Virus record (IMG/VR): IMGVR_UViG_2713896791_000024
Location: 1-7,835 of that record
Length of the DNA stretch: 7,835 nt
Strand: one strand, 5' to 3'
Origin: a virus
Taxonomy: Duplodnaviria; Heunggongvirae; Uroviricota; Caudoviricetes
The notes beneath the pieces are model-generated. The model was not told the origin of the DNA, ran no database searches, and saw nothing but the letters and a program-made list of their open reading frames with translations. A program made the translations under genes and the position numbers. Below, piece by piece: positions 1 to 6,579 of the stretch. Position 1 is the first letter of the stretch, and each line of letters starts with the position of its first letter.

Positions 1-20
1 TTTCAAAATATTCCGCTATT

Positions 21-56
21 TGCTCCCAATGCAAAACATATATTGCATTGGGAGCA
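21..56 (+). terminator. Inverted repeat with T-rich tail; candidate intrinsic terminator for a plus-strand gene ending upstream of the window, or a protein-binding palindrome
   Basis: Seen in sequence: TGCTCCCAATGCA (21-33) and its exact reverse complement TGCATTGGGAGCA (44-56), separated by 10 nt (one extra A:T pair is possible) and followed by TATTCATATTTTTGTTATT. On the minus strand no T-run follows the stem, so it is unlikely to terminate the 184..489 ORF. Confidence 0.35.
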
Positions 57-183
57 TATTCATATTTTTGTTATTATTGTATGAAATCGTCTCATGTACA
101 CGGTCCTTTTTTCGCCGAAAACTGATATTACTTTAATCAAAAGTTGACGTGCCAGATTCGAAGTAAATTTATAAAATATCAAA

Positions 184-489
184 TCAATATACATTTTGCA
201 CCTTCGAGATAGTAATGACTGTTACTGTAACATGAGTTACAAACAGCTTCATACCCAGAGCTACTGATGTATCAACTCGATTCAACAATACCCGATATTT
301 ATTCCATGCCTCCAGCAACGATCTTTCTTCCTCCGTTGCGATTTCCAGATCTACAGCATCCTGCAGTGGCGCAATATACTCACTGAATTCCTGGATGTAG
401 AACTGTGTGGTGACGGTCTTCCAGCCATTCAGCTCCTGCTGTATCGAAGCATACCAGGCTATTTCAATATCGCTATGCTGCGGCAGCAT
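184..489 (-). CDS. Small ORF (101 aa) carrying a tail fibre assembly (Tfa) C-terminal motif; probable remnant or paralogue of a second tfa 3' end
   Basis: Residues ~38-76 ([40 protein letters not shown]) match the C-terminal region of the tfa product at 3002..3577 (36 of 40 residues by eye). At DNA level 265..386 aligns with 3038..3159 at about 105 of 122 positions (manual alignment), in direct orientation. ATG at 489 is immediately preceded by an in-frame stop; an AAGGGG Shine-Dalgarno-like motif lies only 3 nt upstream. The N-terminal 37 aa and C-terminal 25 aa do not resemble Tfa. Confidence 0.45.
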   Translation of the reverse strand: MLPQHSDIEIAWYASIQQELNGWKTVTTQFYIQEFSEYIAPLQDAVDLEIATEEERSLLEAWNKYRVLLNRVDTSVALGMKLFVTHVTVTVITISKVQNVY

Positions 490-545
490 TTAACCCCTTG
501 TAATTCATCGCCATAATTGATTTAATTCACAAATAAAACTATAAC

Positions 546-1214
546 ATGGTGAAATTAATGAAAAAAAACACAGATGATGGGGCTAAAATTTACACACCAC
601 TTACCCTAAAGCTTTATGACTGGTGGGTTTTGGGAGTATCAAATCGGCTTGCATGGGGATGTCCTACAAAGGAACACCTTCTTCCACACTTTCTGGAACA
701 TTTAGGTAACAACCATCTGGATATTGGTGTTGGAACTGGGTTTTACCTTACTCACGTACCTGAGAGTAGTCTGATATCTTTAATGGATTTGAACGAAGCT
801 AGCCTGAACGCGGCATCTACAAGGGCTGGGGAATCAAAAATTAAACATAAAATTAACCATGATGTTTTTGAACCTTATCCCGCGGCGTTACATGGTCAAT
901 TTGATTCCATTTCCATGTTTTACCTTCTTCACTGCCTGCCTGGAAATATATCTACAAAAAGCTGTGTAATACGCAATGCGGCGCAGGCCTTAACTGACGA
1001 TGGAACTCTATACGGAGCCACAATTCTTGGCGATGGAGTTGTGCACAATAGCTTCGGTCAAAAACTGATGCGCATTTACAATCAGAAAGGCATCTTTTCA
1101 AACACAAAAGATTCCGAAGAAGGCTTAACACATATACTCTCAGAGCATTTCGAGAATGTTAAAACCAAGGTTCAAGGTACTGTAGTAATGTTTTCCGCTT
1201 CAGGGAAAAAATAG
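546..1214 (+). CDS. Class I SAM-dependent methyltransferase, probably small-molecule type (UbiE/COQ5-like fold), substrate unknown
   Basis: 222-aa ORF with Rossmann-fold methyltransferase motifs read from the translation: motif I LDIGVGTG, acidic post-I LMDLN, motif II FDSISMFYLLHCL, motif III LTDDGTLYGATI. N-terminal YDWW...S...W pattern resembles the UbiE-family signature. No DPPY/NPPY motif, so probably not an N6-adenine DNA methyltransferase. Start is uncertain: ATG at 546 lacks an obvious Shine-Dalgarno, ATG at 558 has GGTGA 5 nt upstream. Visibly more AT-rich than the tail genes. Family assignment is from memory, not a search. Confidence 0.7.
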   Translation: MVKLMKKNTDDGAKIYTPLTLKLYDWWVLGVSNRLAWGCPTKEHLLPHFLEHLGNNHLDIGVGTGFYLTHVPESSLISLMDLNEASLNAASTRAGESKIKHKINHDVFEPYPAALHGQFDSISMFYLLHCLPGNISTKSCVIRNAAQALTDDGTLYGATILGDGVVHNSFGQKLMRIYNQKGIFSNTKDSEEGLTHILSEHFENVKTKVQGTVVMFSASGKK

Positions 1215-1220
1215 CATCCA

Positions 1221-1261
1221 ACCGCAGCACGTTCTTGCATAAGGCGTGTCTGCGGTTTTTC
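1221..1261 (+). terminator. Candidate Rho-independent terminator downstream of the methyltransferase gene
   Basis: ACCGCAGCACG (1221-1231) pairs with CGTGTCTGCGGT (1245-1256) with one bulged T, followed by TTTTT (1256-1260); begins 7 nt after the TAG stop at 1212-1214. Confidence 0.5.
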
Positions 1262-1579
1262 AACTATTCAGATACATCACTCCCATCACATTCATTCCTC
1301 CGCATCATAGGCATATAGGCTATATCACCTTGATATTTTTCTTCTTCAGATAAAAACTGTTATCTATGTATACTTTTAAACCCAATCCGTGTAGAGTCTC
1401 TGCATAAGATAGTTTGCAGTTGCCACTTCAGCTTGCGCCATAAACCGCCTGATTTTTGCCGCCACCTGTTAGCATTCCTGTATACCTGAAACGACAATGT
1501 TTATCTACGAACTTTAAGAACACCCAGGATAAAAATTGTCAACTATATCATATATAACACATTACTAATTCGAGGCTAT

Positions 1580-1693
1580 ATGAACAGCATACTGATAATC
1601 ACTTCGCTCCTTATCATATTCAGCATTTTTAGTCATGCTCTAATAAAATTAGGGATTGGCATATCCAATAACCCAGACAAAACCGATGTATAA
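1580..1693 (+). CDS. Candidate 37-codon small hydrophobic protein (single predicted transmembrane helix) in the leader upstream of the ydfK-like gene
   Basis: ATG 1580, TAA 1691-1693; translation [41 protein letters not shown] at 1572-1575 lies 4 nt upstream of the ATG. Below the size cutoff of the supplied ORF track. AT-rich DNA readily yields Ile/Leu/Phe-rich ORFs by chance, so this is tentative. Confidence 0.3.
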
Positions 1694-1761
1694 GTCAACA
1701 TATCCTGAATCAGACATACAATATCGCAATGAAAATCAATAATATTTTAAGGAATATCTTC

Positions 1762-1995
1762 ATGAAATCAAAAGACACCCTAAAGTGGTTCCCTGCGCAG
1801 CTTCCTGAAGTAAGAATTATCCTAGGGGATGCTGTAGTGGAAGTAGCAAAACAGGGAAGACCTATCAATACCAGAACATTGCTTGATTACATTGAAGGAA
1901 ACATAAAGAAAAAGTCATGGCTGGATAACAAAGAATTATTACAAACAGCGATATCAGTTCTTAAAGACAACAAAAATTTAAATGGTAAAATGTAA
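1762..1995 (+). CDS. ydfK: YnaE/YdfK-family small protein (the cold-shock-induced small proteins encoded beside pinR/pinQ in E. coli K-12 Rac and Qin prophages)
   Basis: 77-aa product MKSKDTLKWFPAQLPEVRIILGDAVVEVAKQGRPINTRTLLDYIEGNIKKKSWLDNKELLQTAISVLKDNKNLNGKM. I chose the ATG at 1762 (AAGGAA Shine-Dalgarno at 1749-1754) over the upstream in-frame ATG at 1729. Immediately upstream of, and co-oriented with, a pin gene, as in the K-12 ydfK-pinQ and pinR-ynaE neighbourhoods. Family and gene order are recalled from memory. Confidence 0.7.
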   Translation: MKSKDTLKWFPAQLPEVRIILGDAVVEVAKQGRPINTRTLLDYIEGNIKKKSWLDNKELLQTAISVLKDNKNLNGKM

Positions 1996-2224
1996 TATAA
2001 TAAACTTACTTTTTTATCATTTTTCCACTTTAACAACATTTTGCTCCACTTTTCCACGACCAAACAACTTGAAATCTGGTTAAAATAACACGCAACACTA
2101 TTCTTCTTCCTTGAGTCCGCCCGGAACTCGAAAAACAAACCGAGTTAAGGCCATTTTTCACAAAATCGATTTTGGGTCTCACCAAAATTACGGGGTTGCA
2201 TACGCATTCGTTTATTTTCGAACG

Positions 2225-2288
2225 TGTACATACAAATATGTACAAAAATAATCAAAATTATTTTCTGAGATGCATTATGATATGTACA
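2225..2288. promoter_or_regulatory. Cluster of TGTACA-containing palindromic sites upstream of pin; candidate operator or promoter-overlapping binding sites
   Basis: TGTACATA-caaa-TATGTACA at 2225-2244 is a perfect 8-4-8 inverted repeat; ATATGTACA recurs at 2280-2288, 44 bp after the copy at 2236-2244. All lie 25-90 bp upstream of the pin ATG at 2314. Function is inferred only. Confidence 0.3.
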
Positions 2289-2313
2289 CCAATTTCGTAT
2301 AGAAGATCTCACT

Positions 2314-2904
2314 ATGTCTCGAATTTATGCTTACTGTCGGGTATCAACTCTGGAACAGACAACCAAAAATCAACGTCGGGAAATCGAAAGTGCAGGTTTT
2401 AACATCAAATCTCAGCAAATAATTGAAGAACAAATTAGCGGCTCAGCAGCAACCAGTGAGCGTCCTGGTTTTAACCAGTTGCTTGATCGACTGAAAAGAG
2501 GTGATGCATTGATTGTCACAAAACTGGATCGCCTCGGTTGTAATCCAATGGATATCAGTAAAACGGTGGAACAACTGACCAAAGCAGGTATCAAAGTGCA
2601 TTGCTTAGCATTGGGGGGCGTTGACCTGACCAGTCCACCTGGAAAAATGATGATGCAAGTAATTTCAGCAGTCGCTGAATTTGAGCGAGACCTTTTACTT
2701 GAGCGTACTCATTCAGGGATATTAAGAGCACGGGGCGCAGGAAAGCGATTTGGTCGCCCACCTGTGTTAAATGATGAACAAATACAGAGGGTACTAGAGC
2801 AAATTAAGTCAGGTATAAATATAAGTGACATTGCCCAAGAATTCAAAACCTCGCGGCAAACCATTTTAAGAGCTAAAGCAAAAAATCAGACACCTGATAT
2901 ATAA
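2314..2904 (+). CDS. pin: Serine recombinase of the resolvase/invertase family (Pin-like DNA invertase), with Cys at the position of a conserved catalytic Arg
   Basis: 196-aa ORF. N-terminal catalytic domain with YCRVSTLEQ (Ser11 aligning to the Ser10 nucleophile of gamma-delta/Tn3 resolvase) and [10 protein letters not shown]; C-terminal helix-turn-helix region ([10 protein letters not shown]...[20 protein letters not shown]). The usual DRLGR motif reads DRLGCN (Cys76, TGT at 2539-2541). Convergent with tfa, as in K-12 pinQ-tfaQ. Confidence 0.9.
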   Translation: MSRIYAYCRVSTLEQTTKNQRREIESAGFNIKSQQIIEEQISGSAATSERPGFNQLLDRLKRGDALIVTKLDRLGCNPMDISKTVEQLTKAGIKVHCLALGGVDLTSPPGKMMMQVISAVAEFERDLLLERTHSGILRARGAGKRFGRPPVLNDEQIQRVLEQIKSGINISDIAQEFKTSRQTILRAKAKNQTPDI

Positions 2905-2908
2905 AAAT

Positions 2909-2936
2909 AATCTCGGTGTGAGATTCCTTACGTTTT
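2909..2936 (+). terminator. Weak hairpin plus T-tract after pin; possible terminator
   Basis: AATCTC (2909-2914) pairs with GAGATT (2920-2925) around a 5-nt loop; a TTTT tract follows at 2933-2936, 7 nt after the stem. AT-rich short stem, so weak. Confidence 0.25.
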
Positions 2937-3001
2937 CCAAGCCCCCCTTCCTAGCCTTAAATGGAAAGATACTTCTAATTATAGAATTTATATATCTTAC
3001 C

Positions 3002-3577
3002 CTACGGTAGGGCTGGCCATTCAATATCCGGTGCAGTTGATGTATCAACACGGTTCAGCAACACCCGATACTTTTTCCAGGCTTCCAGCAACAAGGTTTC
3101 TTCCTCCGTTGCGATCTCCAGATCCACAGCATCCTGAAGCGGCGCAATATGCTCACTGGCTACCTGCATCAGGCTGTTTTTTGTTTCTTCCGCCTCCCGG
3201 ATCCGGAACAGTTTTTCTGCTTCCGTATCCTTCACCCAGGCTGTGCCGTTCCACTTCTGATATTCCCCTCCCGGCGATAACCAGGTAACATTTTCCGGTA
3301 ACGGACCGAGTTCAGAAATAAATAACGCGTCGCCGGAAGCCACGTCATAAACCGTTTTACCCCGATGATCTTCAACGAGATGCCACGATGCCTCATCACT
3401 GTTGAAAACAGCCACGAAGCCTGCCGGAATATCTGGCGGTGCAATATCGATACTGTTTGCTGGCAGACCTGTATGAGGCGGAATATATGCGTCACCTTCA
3501 CCAATAAATTCATTAGTTCCTGCCAGCAGATTATAAATTTTTATGGTCCGTGGTTGTTCACTCATTCTGAATGCCAT
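3002..3577 (-). CDS. tfa: Tail fibre assembly protein (lambda Tfa family)
   Basis: 191-aa product beginning [41 protein letters not shown], matching lambda Tfa as I recall it over nearly its whole length. ATG at 3575-3577 overlaps the stf stop codon (3577-3579) by one nucleotide (TAATG on the minus strand), implying translational coupling. Confidence 0.93.
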   Translation of the reverse strand: MAFRMSEQPRTIKIYNLLAGTNEFIGEGDAYIPPHTGLPANSIDIAPPDIPAGFVAVFNSDEASWHLVEDHRGKTVYDVASGDALFISELGPLPENVTWLSPGGEYQKWNGTAWVKDTEAEKLFRIREAEETKNSLMQVASEHIAPLQDAVDLEIATEEETLLLEAWKKYRVLLNRVDTSTAPDIEWPALP

Positions 3578-6492
3578 TATGCAAGCCTCACAATGTAGTT
3601 AAATGCGATGTTTTTGACAGTGTTTTCCGCGTTACCAGCAGCGTTAACGGTGATGGTGTGTCCATGTGAGCCAATCGCAACAGAGTGCGTATGAGCACCA
3701 ATACCGACAGTATGTGCGTGAGCACCTGCAGATGCAGCTGTGCCGCTGACACTATGAGTGTGCGCTCCTGCAGCACTTGTATTCACACTGGCCGCAGACA
3801 CTACCTTATGTACTGACCCATTTTGTGACCACTGGCTGACTGCTGATGCGCCTGTGACACTATGAGTATGGTTTCCGGCACTTGCGGCTGTACCGCTCAC
3901 ACTGTGCGTATGCGCCCCGGTGTTATTCGTGGATTTAGTGCCGTAATCAAACGACGATGTGGTTTTCGTCCCCAAATCCGTACTGGATGCACTGGCGCTG
4001 TGGGTGTGCGATTTAATGCCGTCCTGTTCCTGAGACAATACGGCCCGACCACTGGCAGGTTTGCCCTTAATCGTCCAGCCACGCATATCAGGGATCACGC
4101 CTGACGGATAAGCGGTTGCAAGTTTCGGGTAAGCGGATTTGTCAAAAGTCTGCCCCTGCATCAGGGCATAACCAGACGGAACGGTATCTGATGGCCACGG
4201 GATTGGTGCGCCAGGCGGATAAAACTGCTCTGATGGTGTATAGAGTGAATAAACTGTACCGTCCGTTAACCCTTCCGGCTTATTAGCAGAATATGCTGGT
4301 GACGTATGAATAGTCACGCTGGCATTACTGGTATAATCCCATTGAATATTTACACCAGTCGCATAATTTCCGATTGCAACGTAAATATCGTAAGTATCAC
4401 CAGATGTATTGACCCAGGCAAAATTTGTAAACCCTGTCGATGTGCGCTGCCATAAAGCACCAGTAATCCCCTTCGGATTACCATTACCTGCACGCAAAAC
4501 AAGTTCAGATATACCTGCCTGTTGAGGTGACCCCACGTTAAATCCCGCGCCACCAATCAACGTAATTGAAACAACAGAACTCGCCTGTGGCATGGTTACC
4601 GTTGCTAATTTGAACCAACCAGCACCACCGCTGAATGACATTGTTGTTGAGTTAAGCGTACCAATATCTTTCGGCGTCAGTGTTATATCCGCTGAAAGCG
4701 CCTTACCATTCACCTTACGGGCAGAAGGTACCCGACCATTCGCATTATCATTAGCTGCTTTCACTGCTTTCGGTGTCGCGGCAAGCGTTTCAGATGCGCT
4801 GTTGGTTGCACTACTGAGCTGGACAATTCCTTTTTGTGCTGTCGTAGCGTCCTGAGCAGTATATTTCCCGTTAGCAAGGTCATAGGCTGCCTTTACCGAC
4901 TTTGGCGTTGCCGCCAGCATTTCAGATGTGCTGTTGGTCGCGCTGCTGAGCTGAACTATCCCTTTCTGTGCTGTCGTTGCATCCTGTGCGGTGTATTTCC
5001 CGTTAGCCAGCTCATACGCGGCCTTAACGGCTTTTGGCGTTGCCGCCAGTGACTCGGAAGTGCTGTTAGTCGCACTGCTGAGCTGTACTATCCCCTTTTT
5101 CGTCGTGCTCGCATCCTCAAGCGCCACGGCGGATGCAATATCCTCTGCCCGTTTTGCCGCTGTCTCGGCGCGCGTTGCCGCGGATTCCGCCGTACTTTTG
5201 CTCTGAGCTGCCGCCGTCGCACTGCCAGCTGCCTCTGTCGCCTTCGTGGATGCCGTCGTGGCGCTGCCCTTTGCTGCTGACGCCTGTCTGGTCGCCTCAT
5301 CTTTTGAAGCAGACGCAGATGATGCCGATGACGCCGCCGAACTGGCGGACGATGCGGCAGCCGTTTTTGAGGATTCTGCGCTGGTTTCCGACGCTTTCGC
5401 GTTCGTCTCGGATGTCTTCGCTGCGGAAGCAGACCTCGCTGCTGCGCTGGCCTGTTCAGTGGCTTCGCCAGCCTTCGTTGTGGCTGTTGAAGCGGACGAT
5501 GCGGCGCTTTCTGCCGATTTTCCGGCAGCGGTGGCACTGGCTGAGGCCTGCCCGGCACTTGTTGACGCGGCACTGGCAGACGACGCAGCCGCTGTTTTTG
5601 AGCCTGCCGCAGCTGAGGCGCTCTGTCCCGCTGCCGTCTCAGAAGACCTGGCGTTCGTCTCGGACGTTTTTGCCGCCTTCGCGGAATTTGCTGCCGCCGT
5701 TGCCGAGGAAGCTGCGCTACTGGCGCTCGAGGATGCGTTCGTTTCTGATGATTTTGCCGCCTCTTTTGAAGCCGACGCATCCCGGGCTGAGGTGGCAGCT
5801 TCTGACGCTTTCGTGGTCGCGGTGGATGCAGAAGTGGCGGCTGATTGTTGTGACGCTGCAGCATTCGTTTCTGACGTTTTCGCGGCAGCGGCACTGGTAG
5901 CTGCCGCGCTTTTTGAGGACTCTGCAGCGGCAGCACTTTTTTCCGCTTCAGTGGCCTTTGTTGATGCCGTTCCTGCGCTGGAAGACGCTGACTGAGCCGA
6001 CGAAGCGGCCTGTCCGGCTGACGTGCTGGCTGCACGTGCTGAATCTGCAGCATCAGTCGCATGGGTTGCCGCCTCACGGGCAGATGTGCCGGCATCACTG
6101 GCTGACTTCTTCGCGGCTGCCGTGTTCTGTGCCACCACGGACGCGTTACGCGCCACCTCTTCCACCATCTGTTCAAAACGGCGCAGTGCCTCCGGACGGG
6201 CATCATCCTCCGTCATGGCACCGAGAAAATCATTCAGCGTACCGGGTTGAGAATCTTCATACACGGTGATGGTCCCGGCATGTGACGGCGGGAATCCTTC
6301 CACCAACAGAATAACGCTGTACTGCCCGTACTCAACGTCCATGCTGTAACGCCCGGCTTCATCCGGATTTTCTGAGGCCAGCGTGTTCACCACCACCGTG
6401 GTGCTGTTACGTTTTGCTTTCAGCTGGATTGTGCAGTTCTGTACCGGTTTTCCTGTGCCGTCTTTCAGTACACCTGAAATCTTTACTGCCAT
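3577..6492 (-). CDS. stf: Side tail fibre protein (lambda Stf family), 971 aa
   Basis: Starts [26 protein letters not shown], matching the lambda Stf N-terminus as I recall it. Contains a long Ala/Ser/Thr-rich fibrous region, three tandem 44-aa repeats ([27 protein letters not shown]...), and a C-terminal tip with repeated His-x-His motifs. Start is placed at the ATG at 6490-6492 (GGGGTGA Shine-Dalgarno-like motif just upstream); the ORF-track extension to 6612 reads through the N-gap and the lom terminator and is an artefact. An identical start context is duplicated after the gap at 6567-6569. Confidence 0.9.
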   Translation of the reverse strand: MAVKISGVLKDGTGKPVQNCTIQLKAKRNSTTVVVNTLASENPDEAGRYSMDVEYGQYSVILLVEGFPPSHAGTITVYEDSQPGTLNDFLGAMTEDDARPEALRRFEQMVEEVARNASVVAQNTAAAKKSASDAGTSAREAATHATDAADSARAASTSAGQAASSAQSASSSAGTASTKATEAEKSAAAAESSKSAAATSAAAAKTSETNAAASQQSAATSASTATTKASEAATSARDASASKEAAKSSETNASSSASSAASSATAAANSAKAAKTSETNARSSETAAGQSASAAAGSKTAAASSASAASTSAGQASASATAAGKSAESAASSASTATTKAGEATEQASAAARSASAAKTSETNAKASETSAESSKTAAASSASSAASSASSASASKDEATRQASAAKGSATTASTKATEAAGSATAAAQSKSTAESAATRAETAAKRAEDIASAVALEDASTTKKGIVQLSSATNSTSESLAATPKAVKAAYELANGKYTAQDATTAQKGIVQLSSATNSTSEMLAATPKSVKAAYDLANGKYTAQDATTAQKGIVQLSSATNSASETLAATPKAVKAANDNANGRVPSARKVNGKALSADITLTPKDIGTLNSTTMSFSGGAGWFKLATVTMPQASSVVSITLIGGAGFNVGSPQQAGISELVLRAGNGNPKGITGALWQRTSTGFTNFAWVNTSGDTYDIYVAIGNYATGVNIQWDYTSNASVTIHTSPAYSANKPEGLTDGTVYSLYTPSEQFYPPGAPIPWPSDTVPSGYALMQGQTFDKSAYPKLATAYPSGVIPDMRGWTIKGKPASGRAVLSQEQDGIKSHTHSASASSTDLGTKTTSSFDYGTKSTNNTGAHTHSVSGTAASAGNHTHSVTGASAVSQWSQNGSVHKVVSAASVNTSAAGAHTHSVSGTAASAGAHAHTVGIGAHTHSVAIGSHGHTITVNAAGNAENTVKNIAFNYIVRLA
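4750..5097 (-). repeat. Three tandem copies (two full, one partial) of a 132-bp unit inside stf encoding a 44-aa phage tail fibre repeat
   Basis: The string CTGAGCTG recurs at 4814, 4946 and 5078 on the plus strand (period 132 bp). Protein repeats [44 protein letters not shown] occur three times, the last diverging after KAVKAA. Confidence 0.8.
5100..6000 (-). repeat. Low-complexity Ala/Ser/Thr-rich region of stf with degenerate internal repeats (AAKTSETNA-type)
   Basis: The translation contains several [18 protein letters not shown]-like units within a roughly 300-aa Ala/Ser/Thr-rich stretch. GCN-rich codons generate long artefactual ORFs in other frames on both strands. Confidence 0.75.
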
Positions 6493-6503
6493 ATTCACCC
6501 CAC

Positions 6504-6553
6504 NNNNNNNNNNNNNNNNNNNNNNNNNNNNNNNNNNNNNNNNNNNNNNNNNN
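6504..6553. other. Scaffold gap (50 N) flanked by a 27-bp exact duplication; probable unresolved contig overlap rather than missing sequence
   Basis: AAATCTTTACTGCCATATTCACCCCAC occurs at 6477-6503 immediately before the N-run and again at 6554-6580 immediately after. Collapsing the duplication leaves about 64 bp between the lom stop and the stf start, close to the lambda lom-stf spacing as I recall it. Confidence 0.8.
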
Positions 6554-6579
6554 AAATCTTTACTGCCATATTCACCCCA

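Noticed and set aside
141-160. cspA cold-box-like sequence (TTGACGTGCCAGA)
   Set aside because: Only a partial match to the cold-box consensus as I recall it, and it is located downstream of a minus-strand ORF rather than in the 5' leader of a plus-strand cold-shock gene; likely chance.
546-1214. Possibility that the methyltransferase is a DNA methyltransferase of a restriction-modification or orphan type
   Set aside because: No DPPY/NPPY (N6-adenine or N4-cytosine) or PCQ/ENV (C5-cytosine) catalytic motifs, no target-recognition domain, and the size and motif order fit small-molecule class I methyltransferases. Not fully excluded without a profile search.
1729-1761. Upstream start (MKINNILRNIF...) for the ydfK-like gene
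   Set aside because: The ATG at 1762 has a well-spaced AAGGAA Shine-Dalgarno and gives a 77-aa product that fits the YnaE/YdfK family size as I recall it; the extension is AT-rich with no ribosome-binding site.
1887-2594. ORFs 1887..2138 (minus), 2030..2245 (minus), 2172..2402 (plus), 2412..2594 (minus)
   Set aside because: They lie in AT-rich intergenic DNA or antisense to, or out of frame with, ydfK-like and pin. No recognisable motifs and no start signals.
2866-3598. ORFs 2866..3051 (minus), 3031..3288 (plus), 3232..3513 (minus), 3365..3598 (plus) overlapping tfa, and 3588..4104 and 4350..4556 overlapping stf
   Set aside because: Alternative-frame or antisense ORFs inside confidently assigned genes; no independent support.
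5088-6269. Long ORFs overlapping the stf Ala/Ser-rich region on both strands (5088..6206 minus, 5133..5900 plus, 5246..5995 plus, 5913..6269 plus, 6023..6250 plus, 4592..5206 plus)
   Set aside because: These are alternative-frame shadows of a GC-rich, GCN-codon-repetitive coding region. Their translations are Arg/Pro/Gln- or Ala/Asp-rich low-complexity strings with no start context, and the stf frame is supported by end-to-end similarity to lambda Stf.
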